Positions 1-8,550 of a stretch of DNA of 56,395 nt are shown here, piece after piece. The number at the start of each line of letters is the position of its first letter. The first letter of the stretch is position 1. The stretch spans positions 1-56,395 of IMG/VR virus record IMGVR_UViG_3300026037_000015. One strand, written 5' to 3'. The position numbers were made by a program, and so were the translations under genes. The notes under the pieces were generated by a model, which was given only the letters and a program-made list of their open reading frames with translations, made no database searches and was not told the DNA's origin. Source of the stretch: a virus. Its lineage: Duplodnaviria > Caudoviricetes.

Positions 1-127
1 AGCGCCGTCCCCACAGCCCCTCCCTCACCGCCTGAGGGCAGCCACATCCTGGTCCGGCCCGGCCAGCACGTCTGCGCCCTCCGTGAGGGCTACGACAGCC
101 CTCATCAGGAGGGCGAGCCCGCCTGGA
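1..127. repeat. 127-bp direct repeat identical to 56269-56395 (circular assembly overlap)
   Basis: Sequence agcgccgtcc...gcccgcctgga is present at both ends, and an ORF reads through the junction. Confidence 0.95.
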
Positions 128-432
128 GGGAGTGGCGGACCTTCGCTGCCTCCTCCCACATCTACGCGACGGACGTCACGCCCTACACCCCTCATGCGTC
201 CCATGCCCGCAGGACCCTCGGGACCCTCATCCGGGGGACCCGCGTGAGGGTCTGCTGGACCCCTCACGGGACGGCAGATGAGACCCGCACCGCTGAGGGC
301 ATGGTCGTGGTCAACCCGTACGGGGCAGCCTCCGGCTCAGTGTGGGTTGGCGGGCACATCGTCGGATCCCTCATCTCCCCCGAGGACCAGATCACCGGCC
401 TCCACCTCCTCCCCCGGGAGGGCCAGTCATGA
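1..432 (+). CDS. 3' part of a membrane-anchored hypothetical protein that starts at 56164 and crosses the circular junction
   Basis: Frame +1 is open from 1 to TGA at 430-432 and continues the ORF MNPLVDMIIYLGVLLGAALIAAALIL from 56164; the stop overlaps the next ATG (ATGA). Confidence 0.7.
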   Translation, partial: SAVPTAPPSPPEGSHILVRPGQHVCALREGYDSPHQEGEPAWREWRTFAASSHIYATDVTPYTPHASHARRTLGTLIRGTRVRVCWTPHGTADETRTAEGMVVVNPYGAASGSVWVGGHIVGSLISPEDQITGLHLLPREGQS

Positions 433-638
433 GCAGCCGCTTCGTCGCCGCCGGGCTGACCACCTACGGGGTCGCCCTCGCCGTCTACTGCCTGCTCGCC
501 CAGAGGTGGGTCCCGGCCGCCGGGATGGTCCTCTGCGTCGTCGCCATCCTGCTCCCGGACGACCTGCGCTCCGCGAAGTGGATCATCACCTTGTGCGCTG
601 CCGTCCTTGTCGTCCTCTCCCTGATCGGAGGTAAGTGA
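429..638 (+). CDS. small multi-TM membrane protein (Spd-like candidate)
   Basis: MSSRFVAAGLTTYGVALAVYCLL...; about 3 hydrophobic segments; ATGA coupling. Confidence 0.7.
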   Translation: MSSRFVAAGLTTYGVALAVYCLLAQRWVPAAGMVLCVVAILLPDDLRSAKWIITLCAAVLVVLSLIGGK

Positions 639-640
639 TC

Positions 641-865
641 ATGGGTGACCGGCTCAAGGCTGGCAGCTACACCGTCCGGATCAAGCGCGGCCGGGTCACT
701 GAGGCAACCCTTACCGGGATCTACCTCGGGTCCTGGCACGAGGTCCGCGGCGTGCTCCTCTCCTGGGTCGAGGAGAACAACCGGACCCGCTGGCTCGCCG
801 ACTACCGGGCCGAGGTCCGCGACGGGCGGAAGGGGGTCGGCAGCGTTGGCGCCGCGGGGGAGTAG
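641..865 (+). CDS. hypothetical protein
   Basis: GGAGG RBS upstream; coding-like codon usage. Confidence 0.55.
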   Translation: MGDRLKAGSYTVRIKRGRVTEATLTGIYLGSWHEVRGVLLSWVEENNRTRWLADYRAEVRDGRKGVGSVGAAGE

Positions 866-1052
866 GCCAGCTCGAGGTCCTCGACCGGACCCGACCCCGG
901 CCGAGGCCCGGGCCAGCCGGCTCTGGGACAAGGCACGGGCCCGGGCCAGAGCAATGACCAGGGAGGTCTCACCAGCCGCTGGTGACGCCGTCTGGCAGGA
1001 CGTCGGCACCGCCATCGAGCGGGCCCTCCTCGCCTCGGAGGCTCGTCTCAAC

Positions 1053-1150
1053 GGCACCCGGTAGTCGGCACCCGGTAGTCGGGGGAGACCCTCCCGCCCG
1101 GACGCACCGCGCGCAGACGCGCGCAACGCACGCGCAAGGCGCGCGCGCGC
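1053..1150. repeat. tandem 14-bp repeat (CGGCACCCGGTAGT x2) followed by a run rich in alternating CG
   Basis: Seen directly at 1053-1080 and about 1102-1151. Confidence 0.6.
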
Positions 1151-1178
1151 GAGGATACAAGATCAAGGAGATCGGGGC

Positions 1179-1688
1179 ATGGGATCCATCGTTTTCGCCC
1201 TCGCAGCCGTCGTGTTCGCCGCCGTCATGCAGTGGCGCAACTGGAGCTGGAAGTACAACCTCGGCATCCGCCTGGCGTCCCTGGCGGTGCTCTATGCCGG
1301 GTCCGTCCTCAACACCTACCTCGGTGGCCCCCTGCGGACGGTCATCACCTGGCTCGCAGGGATGGCCGGCCAGCTCATCGGCGCGGCCATCGCCCTGATC
1401 GGGGAGGTCTTTGACGTCTCCGTGCCCAACGCTGGCTTGATCGGGGAGGCCGTCGGATCGGCAGCTCCCTGGATCATCGGCGCGGTCCTCTGCGTCATCT
1501 GGATCGCCGCGATCCTGCCCGACCGGATCGTCCCGGACAAGATCGACTGGCAGGCCATGTGGTGGGGCATCGCGATCCCGATGCTGGTCCTGACGGTCCC
1601 CGGACGGATGGGGGAGATCCTCTCCAGTGCCGTCATCGCAGCCTCCGGCTGGGGCGACAACATCATGAGCACCCTGCTGGGGGCCTGA
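1179..1688 (+). CDS. multi-TM membrane protein (Spd/transfer-associated candidate)
   Basis: AAGGAG RBS; 4-5 hydrophobic helices; upstream of the FtsK/TraB gene. Confidence 0.75.
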   Translation: MGSIVFALAAVVFAAVMQWRNWSWKYNLGIRLASLAVLYAGSVLNTYLGGPLRTVITWLAGMAGQLIGAAIALIGEVFDVSVPNAGLIGEAVGSAAPWIIGAVLCVIWIAAILPDRIVPDKIDWQAMWWGIAIPMLVLTVPGRMGEILSSAVIAASGWGDNIMSTLLGA

Positions 1689-1692
1689 CCCG

Positions 1693-2517
1693 ATGGACCC
1701 CATCACGATCTCCCTGGTCCTCGCCGTCCTCCTCACCTCCGGAGACACCGCCAGCGCCGGTCGAGGCCACGTCTACGCAGGGCACGCCGTCCGCGCCTAC
1801 CGGCGCGGCCGGAAGGCCGAGTCCCTCAAGCAGCGTGAGGCCCGCCGCAAGGACCGGGCCAAGCGGCTACGCAAGACCCGCATCGGCCGCTACCGGCTGT
1901 GGGTCGAGGCAGCCGCCCGGTCCTGGTTGGTGTCCCGCAGGGCAGGCCTCAAAGCCGTCCGTACGGAGTGGCCCTCACGGCACGCCACCTACGCCGCGCG
2001 CCGGGAGGCAGCCGCCCACAGGAGGGCCCGCATCCGGGCCCGAGTCCAGGCCCTCAACACCCCGCGGGCCGACCCCGAGCCACCCACACCGGTTGAGGGC
2101 CCTCAACCCACACCGGATGAGGGCCCTCAACCCACACCGGATGAGGGCAGCACCCCAGACCCCGGAGGGGCCGGCCATGGCCCGGCCGACCCCCCCGGCG
2201 CACCACAAGCACAGACACCCCTACCCCCCAAGGAGACCGGCATGGCACAGCCCACACCCAACACCGAGGCGCATTCTCTCGGCGCCTGGATCAAGCAGTG
2301 GGAATCCCTGCTCGCGGCAGCGAACGCACTCACTGAATCCGGCGCCACGCACCTCAAACTCCACGGGGCAGCAATCGCCCCCGCATCCGACGTCATCGAC
2401 CACATGGAATCCGCGCTCAACACATTCCGCACGAACTTCGCGGGGCTCATCGAGGCCGCAGACCTCGCCCCCGAAGGCACCGGCCACATGACGGTCGCTC
2501 AGGCCAGGACGGAGTAA
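1693..2517 (+). CDS. membrane-anchored hypothetical protein with Arg-rich and Pro-rich linker (transfer module)
   Basis: N-terminal hydrophobic segment, PQPTPDEG repeats; possible internal start at 2242 (AAGGAG RBS). Confidence 0.7.
   Translation: MDPITISLVLAVLLTSGDTASAGRGHVYAGHAVRAYRRGRKAESLKQREARRKDRAKRLRKTRIGRYRLWVEAAARSWLVSRRAGLKAVRTEWPSRHATYAARREAAAHRRARIRARVQALNTPRADPEPPTPVEGPQPTPDEGPQPTPDEGSTPDPGGAGHGPADPPGAPQAQTPLPPKETGMAQPTPNTEAHSLGAWIKQWESLLAAANALTESGATHLKLHGAAIAPASDVIDHMESALNTFRTNFAGLIEAADLAPEGTGHMTVAQARTE
2091..2148. repeat. 24-bp tandem repeat containing the palindrome TGAGGGCCCTCA
   Basis: GGTTGAGGGCCCTCAACC (2091-2108) is a perfect 18-bp palindrome; the unit recurs with a 24-bp period. 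Confidence 0.75.
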
Positions 2518-2521
2518 GGAC

Positions 2522-4624
2522 ATGGCGAGGGCCAAGACGTACCGGCTGCCTACCCAGCCGCCGCGCGGTGCTGGCGGCGGGCCAATCGCCTTGGCCCTCG
2601 CCACCCGCCGGGTCACCCGCAGGGCCCGAGGCAAGGACCAGCCCGTCGTCCCCGTGTGGCAGCCCGACGGCCGCGCGGTAATGGTCCCCATCTCCCAGCC
2701 GGCCAGGACCGAGGAGGAAGGCGACCAGCTCTACCGGCGCCGTCGTGTCGTCGTCGTCCTGCCCGCCGCGATCATCCTTGCCTGCCTGCGGGTCCTCCTC
2801 GACCTGGTCCCGCCGGGGGACACCCTGACCTACCTCTCCCTGGCCACCGGAGTCTCCGGAGCCATCATCTGGAGGCGTACCTCTCGCGCCGCGCTGACCG
2901 TCCTCGACTGGACCGTCGGCGACTGGTCCGGCCGCGCCGTCGGCCGCCTCGCGATCGGGGTCGCCCCGTCGCAGCCCGCACCGCAGGAGACGGCAGCCCA
3001 GCGGACCCGGAGGGTCCTCACCAGCATCAGGTGGCGCATATGCCTAAGACTCCGGGCCTCCCGCGCTGCGAGCTACGTAGCCCTCGGCTACTGCCTGACC
3101 TACGTCACCGGCCTCGCCGGGCCCTACACCATCGTCATCGCGGCTGCCGTCGCCCTCACCGCCCGCGCCTGGCGCTACCGGATCCGGCCGATGCCCCCCG
3201 AGCCCGAGCCAGCCGAGGAGACCCTCGAAGACATCTGGCACGGCGACCTGGCGCCCGCCATCGGCTGCGCCGGAGCCGTGATGCTCGCTGTCGAACCGCT
3301 CCGGACCGTCGACGGCTGGCGAGCCGACATCGAGCTGATCCGGGCCAAGCAGACCGTGTCGATGCTCAGGGCGGGCGCAGAGAAGATCGCCTCCGCCTAC
3401 GACGTCACCCCGTCCCAGGTCGGGATCGAGCAGCTCGGATCCGCGCGCCGTGCGCGCCTGACCATCGTCCAGAACTCGGTGCTGACCTCGGGCAAGGTCA
3501 CCACGGGGCTGGGGCTCGACCTGGAGACCGGGGTCGCCGATCTGTCCACACTTATCGACGGGTCGAGAGCCGGCTGGCAGTGGTACGACCCGGAATACGG
3601 GACGTACATGGGCTGGGTCTTTGGGTCGACCGGCTCAGGCAAGTCCAAGACCCTCGACGCGCTCCTGTCCTCGATCATGGCCTCCGGGATCGCCGTCCTC
3701 GACCTGGTCGACCTCAAGGGCGGGTCCTCCCTGCCCGAGTGGAAGGCCGTCGCTTACCGGTACGGCACCGACCTGCCGAGCGCGCTCGCCGGGATCGAAC
3801 GGGCGATCGCGGTCCACGAGGCCCGGTCCCGGTGGCTCGACGAGCACATGATGCGCCAGCGCACCCCAGCCCCCGACTGGCCGCTGTACCTGCTCGTGAT
3901 CGAAGAATTCGCCCACCTGCGGGAGATCAGGGGAGCGATCGCCCGGGCGGAGAGGATCGTCACCCAGGGCAGGGCAACCGCGGTCGCCCTGGTCGTCGCG
4001 ACCCAGGCCTCCGACCTCGCCGGAGCGTTCAGCGGATCCAACGTGTTCCGGACCCAGCTCCAGGCCGGGAACGTCCTCGCGCTGCGCTCCGACGCGGGGG
4101 CTGCCCGGACCGGCCTCGGAGGCATGGCCGGCCAGATCGACCTCTCCGTCATCCCCGCCCGGCAGGGCGGCACCGGGTACCTCATCACCCCCTCCAGCCA
4201 GCGTCCGATCCTCGGCCGCGTCGACCACGTCCGGGACACTCAGGCCGTCGTCGACCGGTGCATTGCTGCCGTCCCCGGCCCGCTCATCGACCTGGCCGTC
4301 GCCCGCATCGAGGCCTCCTGGGAGGAACAGGCCAAGCAACAGCAGGCCGCTGGCTCCCTCGCAGACCAGGCCCTTGCCGAGGCCTCCGTCCTCCTCGACC
4401 GGGCCAACACGAACAGCCCCAGGTCCCCGGTCCGGGACAAGGTCCTCGCCTGGCTACGGGAGCACCCCGGGCCCCAGTCGGTCCGGGACATGGTCACCGC
4501 GGGACTCGGCAGCGACAAGGGGATCCGAGAGGCCAGGGACTCCCTCTGCAAGGACGGACTCGTCCAGCTCACACCGTCGGCCGGCCAGGGCTCCTGCCAG
4601 GCCGTCACCCAGGAGGCATCGTGA
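2522..4624 (+). CDS. FtsK/SpoIIIE-family DNA translocase, TraB-like
   Basis: N-terminal TM segments; Walker A GSTGSGKS; DLKGG; Walker B LLVIEEF; QGRATAV...VATQ; C-terminal winged-helix-like segment. Confidence 0.85.
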   Translation: MARAKTYRLPTQPPRGAGGGPIALALATRRVTRRARGKDQPVVPVWQPDGRAVMVPISQPARTEEEGDQLYRRRRVVVVLPAAIILACLRVLLDLVPPGDTLTYLSLATGVSGAIIWRRTSRAALTVLDWTVGDWSGRAVGRLAIGVAPSQPAPQETAAQRTRRVLTSIRWRICLRLRASRAASYVALGYCLTYVTGLAGPYTIVIAAAVALTARAWRYRIRPMPPEPEPAEETLEDIWHGDLAPAIGCAGAVMLAVEPLRTVDGWRADIELIRAKQTVSMLRAGAEKIASAYDVTPSQVGIEQLGSARRARLTIVQNSVLTSGKVTTGLGLDLETGVADLSTLIDGSRAGWQWYDPEYGTYMGWVFGSTGSGKSKTLDALLSSIMASGIAVLDLVDLKGGSSLPEWKAVAYRYGTDLPSALAGIERAIAVHEARSRWLDEHMMRQRTPAPDWPLYLLVIEEFAHLREIRGAIARAERIVTQGRATAVALVVATQASDLAGAFSGSNVFRTQLQAGNVLALRSDAGAARTGLGGMAGQIDLSVIPARQGGTGYLITPSSQRPILGRVDHVRDTQAVVDRCIAAVPGPLIDLAVARIEASWEEQAKQQQAAGSLADQALAEASVLLDRANTNSPRSPVRDKVLAWLREHPGPQSVRDMVTAGLGSDKGIREARDSLCKDGLVQLTPSAGQGSCQAVTQEAS

Positions 4625-5724
4625 CCGACCAGACCCCGCCCTCGACGGGCCCTGCCCCCGTGCCGGCCAAGGCGACCCTCAACCCGAGGGTCACCATCGG
4701 CATGAGGATCGCCGCCGCGTGCATCGCTGCCGTCATCGGAGTCATCGGCGCGGTCGGCTCCTACGAAGGCCTCCGGGCAGGAGTTGCCCCGTACAGCACC
4801 CCATGGTTCGCGATGATGTTCCCGCTCCTCGTCGACCTCCTGATCGTCGTTTCCAGCCTGGAGTTCGTCGCGGCCACCCGAGCCCACAGCCCGGGCCGCC
4901 ACGGGTGGCGCATGATCGCCCACACCGCGATCGCAGGGACGATCGCCCTCAACGCGATCGCCGCACTGCGGGACTACGGCCCGGCTGGCGTCACCTGGCA
5001 CGTCATCGCCCCGACCGTCTGGGCCGTCCTCATCGAGCAGTACGCCCGGAAGTTCCAGGGGGAGTGGAAGGCCGAGCACACGCCGGACGTGATGATCCCC
5101 GCGCGGCTGTGGCTGCGTCACCCCGTGGACTCCGCCCGGCTGTGGCTGCGCGCCGCCGAGCTCGGGGGCGCACACTCGACGATCTCGGCTGACCTCGGTG
5201 TGCAGCGAGCAGCGATCGCCGTCCTGCGCGACTCCCTGCCGATCATCGGCTCGGCCCGGATCCGCAGGCTCCTCATCCGCCAGGTCCGCGCCGGGTCGCT
5301 GTCTCCCCGGGCCGTCCTCGACGCTTGCGGTGTGCTCGACCCCAGCGCCAGCAACGTCCCCCAGGACATCCGCCGCCGTGCCCTGGTCTCCATCCTGCGG
5401 ACCCAGGCCATTCCCGCAGCACCAGCCCCCCGGCCAGTGCTGCCCGCTACGCAGCCTCTCGCTCTTGCACCAGGCTCGGTGCCAGCACCAGCCCGGCCGA
5501 GCCCGTCCCGGCCAGCACCGGCCCGCCTCGAGGTCTCGACCCCGGACCGGGACAGCGTCATCACCTCGCTCCGGCGGGAGATGGGGGAGACCGACACCTG
5601 GAGACCCGACTACGCCCGGCTCATGGCCACCACGGGCAAGAGCCACTCCTGGTGTGAAAAGGCCGTATCCGAGGCCCGTCGTCTCGGTCCGATAGCGCGC
5701 CTCCGTGCCGCTGAATCCTCATAG
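4621..5724 (+). CDS. DUF2637-like membrane protein (Spd-type spread protein)
   Basis: Four TM helices with SYEGL, FPLLVD and IALN motifs typical of actinomycete plasmid/AICE DUF2637 proteins; Pro-rich linker; C-terminal HTH-like end; GTGA coupling to the TraB-like gene. Confidence 0.75.
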   Translation: MTDQTPPSTGPAPVPAKATLNPRVTIGMRIAAACIAAVIGVIGAVGSYEGLRAGVAPYSTPWFAMMFPLLVDLLIVVSSLEFVAATRAHSPGRHGWRMIAHTAIAGTIALNAIAALRDYGPAGVTWHVIAPTVWAVLIEQYARKFQGEWKAEHTPDVMIPARLWLRHPVDSARLWLRAAELGGAHSTISADLGVQRAAIAVLRDSLPIIGSARIRRLLIRQVRAGSLSPRAVLDACGVLDPSASNVPQDIRRRALVSILRTQAIPAAPAPRPVLPATQPLALAPGSVPAPARPSPSRPAPARLEVSTPDRDSVITSLRREMGETDTWRPDYARLMATTGKSHSWCEKAVSEARRLGPIARLRAAESS

Positions 5725-5737
5725 GAAGGCACCACCC

Positions 5738-6031
5738 ATGAATCCCACGTTCGCGCTCATCCTGCTGCTCACCGTCGCCGGACTCTGGCTCCTGGTCCGG
5801 CTCATCGAGACCGGCAACCGCCAGCTCCAGGCCCTGGTCAACCTCAAGGCCGACGAGGAGCCGGAGGAGCCGGAGGGCTGGACCTGGGAGCAGCGGTACG
5901 AGGCCCGCAGGCGCCGGTCGGCTCCGGGCCCGGCCCGGTCCTCGTCCTGGCCGGCAGGGCTGCTCGAGGTCGAGGACGTCAACCAGGGCGAGGCCGTCTC
6001 TGGTGCCGACAACACCAGCGCGGGGGAGTGA
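5738..6031 (+). CDS. small membrane-anchored hypothetical protein
   Basis: AGGAAGG RBS; N-terminal TM. Confidence 0.6.
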   Translation: MNPTFALILLLTVAGLWLLVRLIETGNRQLQALVNLKADEEPEEPEGWTWEQRYEARRRRSAPGPARSSSWPAGLLEVEDVNQGEAVSGADNTSAGE

Positions 6032-6297
6032 CCCCGATGAACATCTCCGAGGCGAAGGACGTCGCCCTGCTCCTGGAGTGGGCCGCCGGGCTGGCCGAGC
6101 CCCCGGTCTCCTGGACCGAGACCGCGGCCGCCGCCGGGCGCCTGGCGCTTCGGGTGCACCGGGCTCTGGCTGCTGGCCCGGACCAGCACGAGGTCTACCA
6201 CGGGGTCTCCCGGGCCACGGTCACCCACGGGACCTGCGCTGACCCGTGGTGCAAGCTCTGCTCCGGGCACCTCGCGGGGAAGAGGATGACCCCGTGA
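6028..6297 (+). CDS. hypothetical protein (C-terminal CxxxxCxxC)
   Basis: Coupled ORF, coding-like codon usage. Confidence 0.6.
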   Translation: MTPMNISEAKDVALLLEWAAGLAEPPVSWTETAAAAGRLALRVHRALAAGPDQHEVYHGVSRATVTHGTCADPWCKLCSGHLAGKRMTP

Positions 6298-6557
6298 TCG
6301 GCTGCGGTTGCGGGCCCCAGCCGCCCTACGTCCAGGTCACCAGGAGGCAGGGCCCGGTGACCTGGGTCGGGCTGGAGCCCGGGGGAGAGCTGGGGGAGCA
6401 GTGGGCCTGCCCCGAATGCGGTCGCCGGTACGTCGTGCGCCGCGCGCCGTGGGCCAGGTCCCCAGCGAGGAGCGGCACCGGCAGCTACCCGCTGCGGGTG
6501 TGGGCCCCGCCCGGCCGGTTCCCGCGATTGCGGGACATCTGGGGGTGGAAGCGGTGA
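6294..6557 (+). CDS. small zinc-ribbon hypothetical protein
   Basis: CGC and CPECG motifs; GTGA overlaps at both ends. Confidence 0.55.
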   Translation: MIGCGCGPQPPYVQVTRRQGPVTWVGLEPGGELGEQWACPECGRRYVVRRAPWARSPARSGTGSYPLRVWAPPGRFPRLRDIWGWKR

Positions 6558-6877
6558 GCTACCAGCGGGCCGTGCGCCACAACGTCACGTGCCCGCGGTG
6601 CGGCCGCCGCGGGTACGTGACGACGGGCCCCTGCGGCACGTGGATTTTCTGTGCTGCGCACGAGGGGATCCACGTGACCTCCCGGGCCCTCGTGAGGTCC
6701 TCCGTGCGTCTGATCATCGCGTGCACGAGCACGGTCAGCGCGTGCACGCACGAGGAGCACGTCGACCGGCGGGACTGGATCGCGACGGCCCGGGAGCTGC
6801 ACCTGGCGGCGCTGGTCGAGACCCGTGCCGCGTTCGGTCTGGGCCCTGATCTGACCCCTCTCGCCAGCGACCGATAA
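6554..6877 (+). CDS. Cys/His-rich hypothetical protein
   Basis: CPRCG motif; the TAA stop lies within the dif-like site. Confidence 0.55.
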   Translation: MSYQRAVRHNVTCPRCGRRGYVTTGPCGTWIFCAAHEGIHVTSRALVRSSVRLIIACTSTVSACTHEEHVDRRDWIATARELHLAALVETRAAFGLGPDLTPLASDR

Positions 6878-6894
6878 TGTGCATTATGTCAAGT
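6867..6894 (+). other. dif: XerCD dif-like recombination site (candidate attP or dimer-resolution site)
   Basis: GCGACCGATAA-TGTGCA-TTATGTCAAGT has 11-6-11 architecture with inner ATAA/TTAT inverted repeat; 19/28 identical to E. coli dif (XerD arm 9/11); AT-rich island in a GC-rich genome. Confidence 0.85.
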
Positions 6895-7169
6895 AACGGA
6901 GTTTTGACCGCTATGGACCGTCTCCCCCGGCCCCGCCGACCGCTCCCTCCAGGTGCCCTCCGCCGCCGTCCTCGGCCCCTGCTGCGCGCGGTCGTCTACA
7001 CGACGGCCGAGCAGCCCCCCCGGCTCTCGGTGAACCGCTACCCGCGACACGACCGGCCCGGCCGCGTGGTGATCGGCATCGCGCTCCGGGTCGGCCACTG
7101 CCGACTGCTGTCCCTCGTATGGCGTCGGCCGTGAGCCGTCCCCCGAACCGCGACCCAGGAGGCACCAGC

Positions 7170-7613
7170 ATGACCTTGCTCCCCGACGAAGCCCGCCGGG
7201 TCCTCGCCGCGATCGACCTGACGGAACGAACCGGCGCGCACCAGTTCGCGCTGGGCTACGGCCACACCCGGGTCGCAGGCAAGCCCATCGGCACCTGGAC
7301 CGCGTCGGCCGTCTACCGGGGAGGGACGATCAGCGCCAGCGCCTACTCCCCGCACGACGCTGCCGAGCGGCTCGCGATCCGGCTACTGACTGGCGCGAAG
7401 TGCGCCGATTGCTCCAGTCTGGTGGCGCTAAGTAGTGACGGCGCGGTGGCCTACCCAGATGCGGAGATGGCAGACGGCACTCTCTGGACCCACGAAGAGC
7501 AGCTCCGAGCAGGGTTCTGTCGCTGGTACCTGGCCAACGGCCGGACCTGGACCCGAGGCTGCGAGGAGGAGCACCCAGATGACGCACACCACTCCCCCAC
7601 TCCCCCGGGGTGA
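7170..7613 (+). CDS. hypothetical protein with CxxC
   Basis: AGGAGG RBS. Confidence 0.7.
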   Translation: MTLLPDEARRVLAAIDLTERTGAHQFALGYGHTRVAGKPIGTWTASAVYRGGTISASAYSPHDAAERLAIRLLTGAKCADCSSLVALSSDGAVAYPDAEMADGTLWTHEEQLRAGFCRWYLANGRTWTRGCEEEHPDDAHHSPTPPG

Positions 7614-7746
7614 CACCGACGCCGTCCGGATCCTCGACGACGTCCAGATCCTCCTGGCCGAGGCCCTCGGCCCGGTACTGCCGGCCGAGACCTTCAACGA
7701 CCTCGCGGACGACCTCACCGGTCTCGTTCTCGCCCACCGGACCTGA
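7579..7746 (+). CDS. small hypothetical protein
   Basis: GAGGAGGAG RBS; coding-like codon usage. Confidence 0.55.
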   Translation: MTHTTPPLPRGDTDAVRILDDVQILLAEALGPVLPAETFNDLADDLTGLVLAHRT

Positions 7747-7749
7747 CCG

Positions 7750-8037
7750 GTGAGCGGCCCCAGCACCGTGATCCTCCTGAGCCTCGCCCTGGTCGTCAGC
7801 GTCGCGATCCTCACCGAACGACGCCGCGGCCGGTGGGCTGCCGCCCAATGGCTCTACCTGCGCCTCGGGTGGCTCTACCCAGGCGGGTTCGTGGCCGGGT
7901 CGACCGGGGAGGGCAGCATCCCCCCGGCAGCCTGGCAGGCCCTCGCCGCCGCCTACGCGGTGCCCTGGGTCGCAGCCTGGGCGCGTCTCGCGTGGCTCAC
8001 CTCACAGGCACCACCGGATACGCGGCACCCCGTATAG
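7750..8037 (+). CDS. small membrane protein
   Basis: Hydrophobic, Trp-rich. Confidence 0.55.
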   Translation: MSGPSTVILLSLALVVSVAILTERRRGRWAAAQWLYLRLGWLYPGGFVAGSTGEGSIPPAAWQALAAAYAVPWVAAWARLAWLTSQAPPDTRHPV

Positions 8038-8077
8038 TCGGCACGACGACACCCCATCCCCTACCCAGGGAGACCCG

Positions 8078-8458
8078 ATGACCCAGCCCACCGAGGCCCG
8101 TACCCCGCAGGTCGAGCTACAGACCTGGCTCAACGAGAACATGATCAGGCACTCGGCCGAGTGCGAAACGGCGATCGGCCGAGACATGTCCCGGATCATC
8201 AACAGCGGAAACCTCGACGTCGACCGGCTCCGGTCCCTGACCGACCGCCTCGACGCCGTCCAGGGCGAGGCAGGGGCCTACGAGCTGGCCCGTGACCACG
8301 TGACCGAGGACCCCGGCGTAGCCCTCGCGGCGGTCCGGCAGCGACTCGTCATGACCGCGATGGGCGTGACCGACTCCTCCTGGGCCAGGTCACGGTGCCT
8401 GGGCTTCCAGGCAGGGGCCCGCCGCGTGATGGAGGTCATCGACTCCCTCTCCTCCTGA
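8078..8458 (+). CDS. hypothetical protein
   Basis: GGGAG RBS; preceded by CCCCGTATAGT, the -10 motif shared with other early promoters. Confidence 0.7.
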   Translation: MTQPTEARTPQVELQTWLNENMIRHSAECETAIGRDMSRIINSGNLDVDRLRSLTDRLDAVQGEAGAYELARDHVTEDPGVALAAVRQRLVMTAMGVTDSSWARSRCLGFQAGARRVMEVIDSLSS

Positions 8459-8550
8459 CCTGCTGCCTGCCCCCAGAACCATCGGGCCCCCGCGCCGATC
8501 CCCTCCGGCCGGGGGCCCGATGCCGTCCCCGCCCGGGGCGAGCATGAGCC

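Noticed and set aside
2656-4620. 1022-aa ORF (2656-5724) and similar long overlapping or antisense ORFs such as 30125-32134 (-) and the 5' part of 43072-45318
   Set aside because: These are Arg/Pro-rich shadow frames caused by high GC; the real genes start at 4621 and 44158 or lie on the opposite strand
6877-7134. ORF beginning inside the dif-like site
   Set aside because: The ATG at 6877 is part of the dif core; a shorter ORF from 6913 is possible but Arg/Pro-rich with no clear RBS, so it was not called
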